From Hemiscyllium ocellatum (Eukaryota): 64,000 nucleotides of DNA. Below the pieces are notes generated by a model. That model saw nothing but the letters and a program-made list of their open reading frames with translations, was not told where the DNA came from and searched no databases. Both the position numbers and the translations under genes were made by a program. Shown piece after piece: positions 54,056 to 64,000 of this stretch. Positions within the stretch are counted from its first letter, which is position 1, and each line of letters begins with the position of its first letter. The stretch lies in assembly GCF_020745735.1 (NCBI RefSeq), contig NC_083431.1, forward strand, positions 43,118,496 to 43,182,495. Reading direction: 5' to 3'.

Positions 54056-54591
54056 GCGTGCAATTCTGGTCTCCTTCCTATTGGAAAGATGTTGTGAAAC
54101 TTGAAAGGGTTCAGAAAAGATTTACAAGGATGCTGCCAGGGTTGGAGGATTTGAGCTATAGGGAGAGGCTGAACAGGCTGGGGCTGTTTTCCCTGGAGCA
54201 TCGGAGACTGAGGGGTGACCTTATAGAGGTTTACAAAATTATGAGGGGCATGGATAGGATAAATAGACAAAGTCTTTTCCCTGCGGTCGGGGAGTCCAGA
54301 ACTAGAGGGCATAGGTTTAGGGTGAGAGGGGAAAGATATAAAAGAGACCTAAGGGGCAACTTTTTCATGCAGTGGGTGGTACGTGTATGGAATGAGCAGC
54401 CAGAGGATTTGGTGGAGGCTGGTACAATTGCAACATTTAAGAGGCATTTGGATGGGTATATGAATGGGAAGGGTTTGGAGGGATATGGGCCTGGTGCTGG
54501 CAGGTGGGACTAGATTGGGTTGTGATATCTGGTTGGCATGGACAGGTTGGACTGAAGCGTCTGTTTCCGTGCTGTACATCTCTATGACTCT
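54056..54591 (+). mobile_element. young CR1 (HER1-like) 3' end
   Basis: Open 151-aa ORF2 C-terminus (VQFWSP...LERVQKRFTRM...RRLRGDLIEVYKIM) + 3' UTR with CTCTATGA repeats. Confidence 0.92.
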
Positions 54592-54874
54592 ATGTCAAGT
54601 CTGATATTCTGCCTCAGTTTCATGTTGCCCATATCCTGTGATTTATTGGAGTTTGAAATATCCATCTATCCCAGCCCTGATTATGCTGTTGATGCAGCAG
54701 CAGTTACACCCTGGGCAGACAATCCCAAAGTTTCACAGCACTCTTGCGTGAAGTTTTTTTTCTCCTCAACTGATCAACCTCTTATGCTGAACATTCTGTC
54801 CTCATGTTCTAGATTTCCCAGATATAAGAAACAACCTCTCCGTGTCTGCCCTTTCAGAATCTTGTATGTTTCTG

Positions 54875-55480
54875 TTGCAAGGTGCTCCAGCCAAAGCTCA
54901 TCTGCTCTTCTTTCTCTTCTCTTTTCCTTCCTTGTACTGTTCCTTTTTTCTTCTTATTTTCTTTGCTTTGACTCCCAGCCTTTAGCGATCGACGAGTGTC
55001 GGACTGCGACAAGCATCAATTCCTGGCCTGGCGCTGCGGCTTCTCGTACCAGTTTCCCAACCTGATGCAATGGTCTCCTGGCTTCCTGTAGCAGCCTCCT
55101 GGCTTTCCACAGTGGCCTCCCACCATGTCATGGCATCCTCCCAGCATCCCGCAGTGGCTTCCCAGTGTTGGCATGACGACTTTCTGACCTGGTGTAGTGG
55201 TTATGTAGCGTGGCATGGCAACCTCCTAGCCTGCACATTGGCTACCCACCGCAGCCTCTCAGCATGGCGACCTTCTCCCAATGTGGTGTGTCACTGGCAC
55301 GGTGCAGAGCCAGAACCCAGTACAGACTGGAAGCTAAGTGCCAGCGTGGCCTACTGTAATGCAGTCTTTTCTGTAACACTGAACATTTTATTTCTGTAAT
55401 AAATCTTGTAACAAAAGAAAGTTGTGCCTAGGTATTTTGCATCTAAGTTGGTGCTACAATTGGTGACATAGAAACTTCTA
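54875..55480 (+). mobile_element. non-coding insertion related to 52200 element, inside an old minus-strand CR1
   Basis: Splits the CR1 sequence GAATCTTGTATGTTTC / AATGAGATCACCTC; T-rich start, internal ~20-bp GGCCTCC/GGCTTCC repeats, AAGTTGGTGC..TGGTGACA end. Confidence 0.45.
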
Positions 55481-56030
55481 TTTAATGAGATCACCTCTCA
55501 TTCTTCTAAACTCGAGAGAGTAGAGTTCCAATTTATGCAGCCTGACATAACTGAACAACTCTTTCATTCCAAGAACCTGTCTTTGTTATATTGTCTTCAA
55601 AGCAAGTAAAACCTTCCTTAAGTGGAGACCAAAACAGTACAAAATATTACAGCTGTGGTCCCAACAAAGCATGTACAACTGTACTAAGGTCTGTTTATTC
55701 TGGAACTTCAAGCCTCTTGTAATAATAGCCAATATGATATTTGCCTTCCTAATTTCTGCAGCAGTTCAAGAGAATGACCTCCCACCCAACCACCATCTCA
55801 AGTGTGACAAGGATGGGAATAAATGGTGGTCTTGCCAGCTGTATTTCAAAAATTAATTTTTAAAATAAGACAATTGGTCTGCATCTACCTCATTGTAGCG
55901 TCTTCAGTGAGATGGGTATTGTTGTGATATTTACAGTAAAGTGTAAATCAATAAAATGCAATCTAGAATTGCATATTTCTCTCCAGGCTAGACCTTTTCC
56001 CCATGTAGAATGTTTTTTCTTTTTTTTCAG

Positions 56031-56575
56031 ACCCAGAGGAATTAAAATTGGATCCCAGCACTGCGCACCCACTTCTGATCATAACCAACGGAAGCACCAG
56101 GGTAGAATGTGGAACATACCTCAAGCGCTTGTCATTAATACAGGAACGATTTGACTACAATACCTGCATCCTCGCCAACAAAGGCTTTTCCTCAGGCAAG
56201 CACTACTGGCAAGTGATTGTCAACGAGAAGATGAAGTGGCGTCTTGGTGTGATCAAAGGAACTACAGGCCGCAAAGGAAAGCTGAATAAGACTCCCGAGA
56301 ATGGAGTCTGGATGATCGGAGTGAAGGAAGGAAAGATTTATGAGGCATACAAGAGTCCCAAAGTCCAACTTACACTCTTTGTGAGGCCACGGAAAATTGG
56401 CATCTTCCTGGATTATGAAGGAAAGCGTCTCTCCTTCTACAATGTGGATAATCCTGATGAGCTGAGTTTGATCTATACGTTCGATGCAGACTTTCAAGGG
56501 AAGATTTATCCAATTTTTGATCTTTGCTGCATGGACAGAAGTGACTTAGCCCCTATCACACTCTGTCGTGTATAA
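56031..56575 (+). CDS. TRIM50: TRIM50 last coding exon (PRY/SPRY, B30.2)
   Basis: T-tract + cag acceptor. (D)PEELKLDPSTAHPLL...ERFDYNTCILANKGFSSGKHYWQV...FQGKIYPIF...TAA. Joined CDS is 1425 nt = 474 aa + stop, open throughout. Confidence 0.96.
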
Positions 56576-56922
56576 ATAATCCCAACCTCACAGCAAGGTG
56601 CATCATGGGTCGCATGTAACTTTATGATAAAAATTATTTTTAATCAACTCTAGGGCAGGTTGGACTTGAACTCAGACTTTCGAGCTCAGAGGCAGTGATC
56701 CTGGATTCTCTGAACTTCCTTTATGATAACATGACAGCTGCTTTCATGTCATAGTGACTGCCACCTGATTTTGTCACATGTCGTGCCCAATGAAAGGCAG
56801 TATTTAATTCTTGAGAGCCTCCTTTTCAAACTATTAGCACAGTTGCTATGTTTAACTGTAAATGGATCTATGTTTTATTGGGCCTGTACCTTTAAGTTTA
56901 CTGATCTGTGTGGGGTGATTGT

Positions 56923-56928
56923 AATAAA
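56923..56928 (+). terminator. candidate TRIM50 polyadenylation signal
   Basis: First AATAAA seen about 350 nt after the TRIM50 stop; more distal AATAAA sites also exist. Confidence 0.4.
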
Positions 56929-57336
56929 GTGTTCAAAAGCTCAGAGAATGCTAGTGACAAAGAGAACAAATAACTGTTGGCAAATTTCTCCCTTAAGGTG
57001 AAAAGAACTAAGGGTTTGGTTTTCTATTTTTCAGATTGTTTCAATTTGTAACAAAGAATTGTTTGTATCACTAAGACTATTTTCTGTTTTTAATTAAGTC
57101 TGGATGTAACATGTGTTTGGTGACAAGAATGTGACAGAAATGCTTGGTTGCAACACATTTATGATACATTATAGAAGCCTATAAAGATAACATAAAATCT
57201 TATCACACAGAAAGTGCACATTAGCCCATTTTACTTGTGCTGATTCCTTGAAAGAGCTTTCCAATTTGTCCCAATTTCCTACCCTCTCCCTATAAACTTA
57301 CAATTTTCTCCCCTACAGGTATATCCAGTTTGCAGA

Positions 57337-57440
57337 GGGCTCTTATGGTGCAGTGGTAGTGTAACCTACCTTTGGGCTTAGGTTCAAGTCTCATCAGCTC
57401 CAGAAGTATGTAATAACAAATCTGAACAGTTTGATCAGAA
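57337..57440 (+). mobile_element. short tRNA-derived SINE
   Basis: TGGTGCAGTGG A box, GGTTCAAGTC B box; a reverse copy lies at ~49480-49550. Confidence 0.55.
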
Positions 57441-58463
57441 ATGTCGATATCCAATTTACATTTGAAAATTGTTATTAAATGTGTTCCACTGCCCTTTCAA
57501 GAGTACATTCTGGATCAGTATCGAAGGCAAAAATATTTATTTGTATCCAGGCTTACACTTTTGCTGAACAATGTCCTTCCAGTCTGCTGTACAAAGCAAA
57601 TAGAACCTGTATGAAAAATTGTAATAATTTAGAAGAGCACCAAAGATTCTTAAACTGCTACTCTACTGCCTTATAAAGGCAAGTAACAAAAAAAATTAAT
57701 AAAATGAATGACTGCAAGTATAATTGAACTACAATAACACTTTGTACTGTTTTAACCTGTTGTACTCTTCAGAACGCACAGTGCAGATTAGTGACTGGTG
57801 GGGAAATAGAACAGGTTCAGTTGGTAGCGCTCATGACTTTGTTCGGAATAGAATGCATTGTAAAAATATTGGCATCATTTAATTGACAGGCCACCCGTGT
57901 GTGGCAGTCTAGTTCAAGATGGTGGACAGTCTTCCAAAGCAGGAAACCCCAGTGGGAGAGCCTGGAGCACTGGATGGATGGCACCCCCATTGCAAGAGAT
58001 TCACGCAGCTGTGACAGGAAGGAAACCATAAGGAAGCTTCACAATGGAAATGATGAGTATGCTCAATTTAATACTTGAGAAAACACCATGCACACAGCTC
58101 ATAGGGTCATGGGAACGATTGTGATCAAGGCTGTGGCTTTTGCATTTTTCTGGTAGAGTCATGGTTTCAGTGACAAAGGGCCGGGCCTGCCTTTGGGAAG
58201 ATGACTCCAAGAGGCTGCCAACATCCAGACCAAGCAGGGAAGATCACCTGGTGATGGTGTTAGCAACTTGCCCCAACTTCATTTGTCTCGTGGGTAGGTA
58301 GCCATTGCCCACACTTACTGCACTTCATGCAGAATCACGAGGAAGCATTAGTGAATTAGGTGGCTAACCTGATCTATAAGGTTTTTGTTGGTCCTGTCTT
58401 CAAATCCATGTACCAGGGCTAGGCAAATTATGCCAACACCCTCCCCCACACCAAATACTAGAG

Positions 58464-59231
58464 CAGAGGTAGGGAACCTTTTCATTTGGAAGGCCACATG
58501 ATGTTAGTTGTAATCTAGTAAGGCCACATCCAAGAAACTTCAACTATATATTCTTCAAAATTCACATTATTTTGTAAAGAACTAACTACTATGTACTAAT
58601 TAACTAAAAAAAAGTTAATTCTAAAGTTAACTAACCTTTTAATGACTTTGTTGTGACTGCTTTTTGTAGGAAAGCATTTGAATATTTGGTTGCAGCATGG
58701 AGGTCTGCAGTTTTAGCTGATCCTCTAGATGGGTATCCATCATTTGTGACCTTAAGGGCATCTTGAGTTTGGTTAAGTAGGAGAATGTATATTCACAGCA
58801 ATAAGTGGTTGAAAAGCAAGAAAGCATTTTTCGTGTATATTGCCGAAGGCATGGGTATTCTATTGCATTTTACCATATTTCAATCGGATCTTTCTAAGCA
58901 TCAAATAAGGACTTTAAAATGTCATCTTCTGAGAGCTCAATCAATTCCAAAGTAGTTCTTTAGGAGCCTTGGAGACATCAGCTAGATGAGGTTGAAATGC
59001 TAATTTCAATGTGATGTCATGATTCTCAAAGTCAGAGAACCTTTCATTGTATTTCTTTTACTCTCTGGTATTTTAAATACATTCATTTTAAAATTAAAAT
59101 AAAAATAATAAAGGATGAGAAAACATATTAATAACATATTAATAAAAAATAAAAGATTTGTTCTGCAAAATGTAAATGCATTCAAAAGGTCACGCACAAT
59201 GGCCTAGAAGGCCGCAGGTCCCCCACCCCTG
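58464..59231 (-). mobile_element. hAT/Charlie-like DNA transposon, internally deleted
   Basis: TIRs CAGAGGTAGGGAACCT / AGGTCCCCCACCCCTG; hAT C-terminal dimerisation remnant FSTTYCCEYTFSYL..LK..LRSQM.D.HLE..L.L; degenerate 8-bp TSD (TACTAGAG / GACTCAAG). Confidence 0.85.
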
Positions 59232-59234
59232 GAC

Positions 59235-59602
59235 TCAAGTATAGAATCTGAACTGGCATTGCAGGGGGTGCTGCACTATGCTGCCTTATGTATTGATGAA
59301 ATGTTAAGCCAAAGCTCCACTTGCCCTCTCTGGATGTTAAAGATTCCATATGCTATTTCAAAGACAGAGAGGAGAATTATCCTCAGTGTCCTAGCCAATA
59401 TCTATCCCTAAATCAGCATTACCAAGACAAATTACCTCATCATTATAACTTTACAATTTCTGGGAGTTTACTGTGTCCAGATTGGCTGTTTTCCTAAATT
59501 ACAATGTGACTCCACTTCAAAAGTACTTCACAAATGGTGCAGTGCTGTGGGAAGTCCTGGAAGCAAAATGACATGGTACAAACATAAGATCCTTTTCTTT
59601 CA
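59235..59602 (+). mobile_element. Deu-domain SINE (SacSINE1-like)
   Basis: GTGCTGCACT..GATGAAATGTTAAGCC..GTGTCCTAGCCAATATCTATCCCT..GATTGGCTG..CACTTCAAAAGTACTTCA..TTTCTTTC. Confidence 0.7.
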
Positions 59603-60507
59603 AGCATTTGCTAACTTTTTTTCAGCCAGTGCTGAGGCACTTTGTCAATGTGAGCTTTACTGTTTTTAATCCAGAGTATACTTCACATTTATTTAAAGTG
59701 TTAAAAAAGGCCTCAGCTCAGTATATATCAATTTCCATCATGTTCTAAGTCTCTCCAAGACCCTTGCAAATTTTTGCAGTTTTTTCTGACCATTATTTTC
59801 TGAGAATAGTGTCATGGCAGCCATTATTTTATAATAATAGGATGCACCAACTCCAAGGCATTATTGGCTTTTCATTGGTGAATGTACTCATTCTTATTGA
59901 ATGCTGAGATTGAATTGGATTAAGGCAGCCCCTGATTTGCTTCTGCAGTGAGCTATCGAAATTTTGTATGATGGTAGTTCAGCAATTTAACTCCATCAGT
60001 TTTTGCACCAACATTTGCATCTGTACATGAAGGTTGCAGTTTTAAAGATTTTTAATGAACAGTGGTTGTAAATAAAGCAAAGCTCAGATCACAGGTTATC
60101 ACATTATGTTCTGCTCTCCTTTATTTAATTAACTCTCTGTTTTTGCATTTGAAAATGCAATATCGTTTACTGGAATTAAATACTTTCATACTTAATTAAA
60201 GAACTGGCACAAAAAGATTTTTTTGAACTAAAAATGGTAACATACATGGCAATATTCAATATTCTGGCTTCCTTTTATCCACTAAGTTTCTTGTTTCCTC
60301 GTCACCTAAGGGTAAGCACTGTTTCTGTAGGATTGTTCCAAAAGCACCTGCTTAATGGTGAACATTCTTTGTGACTGACAGCAGACTATTTGATTACAAT
60401 TCAGGAATATCTCAATTCCAACCAAGCATATTCCAGAAGGTGTTCAACCGCTGAGACTAATCATGGTCCACCCTTGGTTCCCCCAAACAGGGATCAGATA
60501 ACTTGAT

Positions 60508-60659
60508 AAAAACTGAAAGAAATATAGATGATGTAAATCAGAAACAAAATCAGAAATAGCTGGAAAAGCTCAGCAGGTCTGGCAGCATCTCAAGAGGAAT
60601 CAGAATTAATTGAGTTCTGAGGAAGGATCACTGGACCTGAAACATTTACTCTGATTTCG
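60508..60659. mobile_element. PLE mini-element, family B, with short inverted hammerhead arm
   Basis: Reverse body 60508-60610 followed by forward AGTTCTGAGGAAGGATCACTGGACCTGAAAC; TSD-like GATAAC(T/G)TGAT at 60497-60507 and 60660-60670. Confidence 0.7.
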
Positions 60660-61439
60660 GATAACGTGATGTACGCCTGGGATTGGACCAATGACATTGC
60701 AAATAATCTACTGTTACAGCCCCCTACGAGGGAAGCTACAAAATAGGTTTGAAATCATTAATGGTGAACATTTCTTGGGATGGTGTTTAACACATCTCCT
60801 GATAAAATGTATCTTTTTGAAAATCCTATCAGATTGACATAATAGGTCAAAGTAGCGGTGAGGAGAATTGTATGAGTGTGTGAAATATTTGAGAGATTTT
60901 AGGAGTTGATAGGTTAGATAAGGAGAAATCAGTTCTTTTGATAATGGTGTGCTGAACACTAATCTTAAAGCTAGACTGTCCGGGGTCATGTCAGGAAGCA
61001 TTTCCTTATATTGAAAATAATGGAACTCTGAAACTCTTATCTTCCAAAAAGCTGTTGATGCTAGATCAATGGAAAATTGAGATCAATGGTTGATCATACT
61101 TCATTACCCAAGGGCTTTAAGAGTTATGAAATAAAGGGAACAAATTGCAGCAAGGTTCATATTACACCCATTTAATTGAATGGCAGAAAAGGCTGAATGG
61201 CCTATCCCTATTTCTGTGTTTGCTCAAAAGCACCCTAAGCAGTTAATGGCACCCTTAAAACCAGCTGTCTCCTGTGAAATGTGATTTTGTGTGAATCTGT
61301 ACATAGAAACTCAGCTTGTTCTTACTAATGCCACAGGTAGATCACAGAAATCAAGATGTGACAACAATGGTACACATTGGCATCCTATCAGTGGATGGAG
61401 ATGAGATCTGACAATCAGAATTTTATTTTGCATTAAGGC

Positions 61440-61860
61440 GGTAACCTGTAGTTTATTTGTTGGACACAACATCATCCTTCAGTGGCAAATGTTATGGGAA
61501 TGTCCTATCAGAAATGTTAATTTTAATATACATTGACTGGACATTTTCCTAAATTTTGGACTTTTTGGAAAGAACACTTTGCAAGAAAAGGAGACTGACT
61601 GCAACAGGGAAAATGTTTAATTTGCAAAGACCAAACACTGCTCAATTGGAGACACTGAATCTACAAAACCTTCAGAAAGAGGTCACATATCACATTTAGA
61701 CAGACTGATAAACATTTTGGCAATAAAAGGAATTGGACACAGAACCAGAGAAAAAACTTGACCTGAGCAATTGCCTTTGCGGTTCTCTGAAATCCCTCTT
61801 ATTTATGTGTGAGAACTGAAAACTTACTGGAAGGTCCTGTCACTAAAAATAGTGTGTTCT
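61440..61860. repeat. unclassified dispersed repeat, copy 2
   Basis: Homologous to 24620-25100. Confidence 0.65.
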
Positions 61861-62624
61861 GACAAGAGAATTTGAAAATGAGAAATTAATTCAGTGAGTT
61901 AAAATTGATCCAGGAAGACATCCCAACATCAACTGTGCAAAGTTACTTTGGCTTAAGATTGTCATTTGCACAATTTGTGAAATTATTTTTCTTGAGTTTA
62001 ACAGTTACTTAGCCAAGGAATTTTCTAGTTAACACAGCAGAGGTTTTATGTTTTTTCTTCTCCTGACTTGAAGGTTGTGCACATGTATGTTAGTTTTCAA
62101 GGAGGGTTGTATATATTTGTATCACTTAGACATTTTTAAAATAATTATACATTTGCTTCAGCAAGATTATTTGACAATACATTATTTCTGGCTGACTTGT
62201 TTCTGACACTGAGCTAGATATTCTTAATTCAAACTTTGTTCAGGAAATGAAGTGGTAAATCAATTTAAACCTCCTAACTGAATCAGAACAGAGGTAATAG
62301 ATCAGTGCTTTCTGAATATATTTGTTGAGCTGTACTCGCTTCCTGTTTAATCTAGAAAGGTGAGAAATGGTAAGGCCATATGTATTGCCCATGCCTAATT
62401 TCCCTGAAATGTTGTCTTTTCATGATACTTATTATTGATTTTTTTTTAACGTGAATGGCATACTGGCTAACCATAGGGAGCACAAGATGTTAATCACATT
62501 GAATTCCTTCAAAACAGCAAAAGCAAACTTTGTCTGATACTTTTGTGTCATTTTGTCATGTAGATGTAGTTTAAGCTGACTCACTCCATGCATGTTCAAA
62601 TACACATATTATTAATGGTTCAAA

Positions 62625-62912
62625 GTTTGTGAGAAGATTTGTAGCTCGGGTGCTCGTTGTTGTGGTTCTGTTCGCCGAGCTGGGAATTTGTGTTGCAGAC
62701 GTTTCGTCCCCTCTCTAGGTGACATCCTCAGTGCTTGGGAGCCTCCTGTGAAGCGCTTCTGTGATCTTTCCTTCGGCATTTGTAGTGGTTTGTCTCTGCC
62801 GCTTCCGGTTGTCAGTTCCAGCTGTCCGTTGCAGTGGCCGGTATATTGGGTCCAGGTCGATGTGCTTATTGATTGAATCTGTGCCATGCCTCTAGGAATT
62901 CCCTGGCTGTTC
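62625..62912 (-). mobile_element. Poseidon/Penelope-type PLE 3' end
   Basis: Minus strand TAREFLEAWH...DSINKHIDLDPIYRPLQ (PLE GIY-YIG C-terminus), followed by a terminal repeat with HHR. Confidence 0.8.
62694..62734 (-). ncRNA. minimal hammerhead ribozyme motif (family D)
   Basis: GCA-CTGAGGA-T-GTCACCT-AGAG-AGGGGAC-GAAAC-GTC-TGC. Stem I GCA/TGC, extended stem II, intact core. Confidence 0.8.
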
Positions 62913-62959
62913 AAATCTAATCTAATCTGGTAAAAAGAAATCACAATTGAATCACAGCA

Positions 62960-63262
62960 AACTAGCATGAGAAATAGGCAAGATAGATTGTTGGCCTTTA
63001 CTTCATAGGGTACAAAGTATTAAAAGAGATCTTGCTAAAACTACACCAGCCACTCATAAGACCACACCTAGAATACTGTGAATAGTTTTGGTCCTCATCT
63101 AAGAACAGATATATTAGCATTGCGGCATTCCAGAAAAGGTTCACCAGGCTGATAACAGGTATGGAGGAATGGTCTTATGAGGAGAGATTAAGTAGATTGG
63201 TCCTGTAGTCTTTGGAGTTTAGAAGAATGAGTGGTTACCTTATTGAAATGTACAATATTCCA
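62960..63262 (+). mobile_element. CR1 fragment
   Basis: AGACCACACCTAGAATACTGTG..TTTTGGTC, GGAGTTTAGAAGAATGAG. Confidence 0.75.
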
Positions 63263-63284
63263 AGGAGAACGTCTAGGACCAGAA

Positions 63285-63822
63285 GGGACGCGGAGGAAGA
63301 GAGGGAGGGAGCACAGGCCACGCTCAGGGAGGGCCACGCTTGAGGGAGGCCACGCTCGTGGAGGGTGGGAGAGAGAGGGAGGGCGGGGCAGGGCAGGCCA
63401 TGCTCGGGGGGTTGGGGGCTGGGTGGAGCTGAGATGCCATGCTCGGGGAGGGAGGGGGTGGCGGGTGGGCCATGCTCGGGGGGGGGGGTAGGGGTGCTGG
63501 GGGCGGGTGGGGGAGGGAGAGGAGTGGGGAGGGGAGGGAGGAGGAGGGGGAGGAGGGGTGAGAGTGGGCGAGGATGGGTGGGCCATGCTCGGGGAGGGAG
63601 AATAGGGTGGAGGGGGGTAGGAGGGGTGGGCTATGCCTGGGGGGGGGGGGAGAGGGGATGGGGTGTGGGAAGAAGAGGGAGGGGTTGGGGGCGGGGCTGT
63701 GGGAGGGAGAGGATGGGGTGGGTCTGTGGGAGGGAGAGGGTGGGGAGTGGGAGGGAGAGGATGGGGTGGGTCTGGGGGAGGGAGAGGGTGGGGAGTAGGA
63801 GGAGGAGGCCACGCTGGGGGGA
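63285..63822 (+). repeat. G-rich low-complexity minisatellite (G-quadruplex prone)
   Basis: Dense G runs, about nine GGCCAYGCT-type motifs and GGGAGGGAGAGG units. Confidence 0.85.
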
Positions 63823-63829
63823 GTGAGTG

Positions 63830-64000
63830 AGTGAGTCTGACGTTGGTTTTGTGTCGGGGGACAGTTCCTCTGAGGGAGCCTTTAAACGGGCGCCACGTCA
63901 CAGAGGCTGCGGCCGGGACAAAGCGCGAGGGCCGCCTCTTAAAGGGGAGGTGTCCGGGCGGCGCGGAGAGCGGGCCGCAGCTTCATCAACCAGGTCAGTC
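63830..64000 (+). promoter_or_regulatory. CpG island / probable first non-coding exon of next gene
   Basis: High CpG density; possible donor CAG|GTCAGT at 63993/63994; no ATG in this stretch. Strand is inferred from the donor only. Confidence 0.6.

Noticed and set aside
58464-59231. hAT/Charlie remnant as possible GTF2IRD2 precursor (also a Williams-region gene in human)
   Set aside because: Short deleted element with TIRs and a broken ORF; no GTF2I repeats; location is most likely coincidence.
63188-63901. 237-aa proline-rich ORF and overlapping Gly-rich ORFs
   Set aside because: Translation artefacts of the G-rich low-complexity tract; no domain and no splice context.

Overview
Eukaryotic genomic DNA, almost certainly a shark or other elasmobranch (HE1-type tRNA SINEs, HER1/CR1 LINEs, Deu-domain SINEs). 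There are two protein-coding genes in divergent orientation. NSUN5 (rRNA m5C methyltransferase) is on the minus strand with coding exons 1-5 at 15755 -> 431 and continues off the left edge. TRIM50 is complete on the plus strand (6 coding exons, 23915-56575, 474 aa, RING-Bbox-coiled coil-PRY/SPRY). A CpG/G-rich promoter of a third gene starts at the right edge. Most other sequence is retroelement-derived: a full-length ~5.7 kb L1 with a 15-bp TSD in NSUN5 intron 3, many CR1 fragments, SINEs and a hAT/Charlie MITE. The most striking unannotated layer is a dense set of Penelope-like (PLE) insertions carrying minimal hammerhead ribozyme (HHR) motifs: about a dozen motifs in at least four families with covarying stem II. 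Several are tiny fold-back elements with 16-21 bp TSDs whose inverted arm starts at the ribozyme. A young Neptune-type PLE abuts an apparently identical 605-bp duplication of host DNA. All calls are by eye, with no database searches run, and repeat boundaries are approximate.
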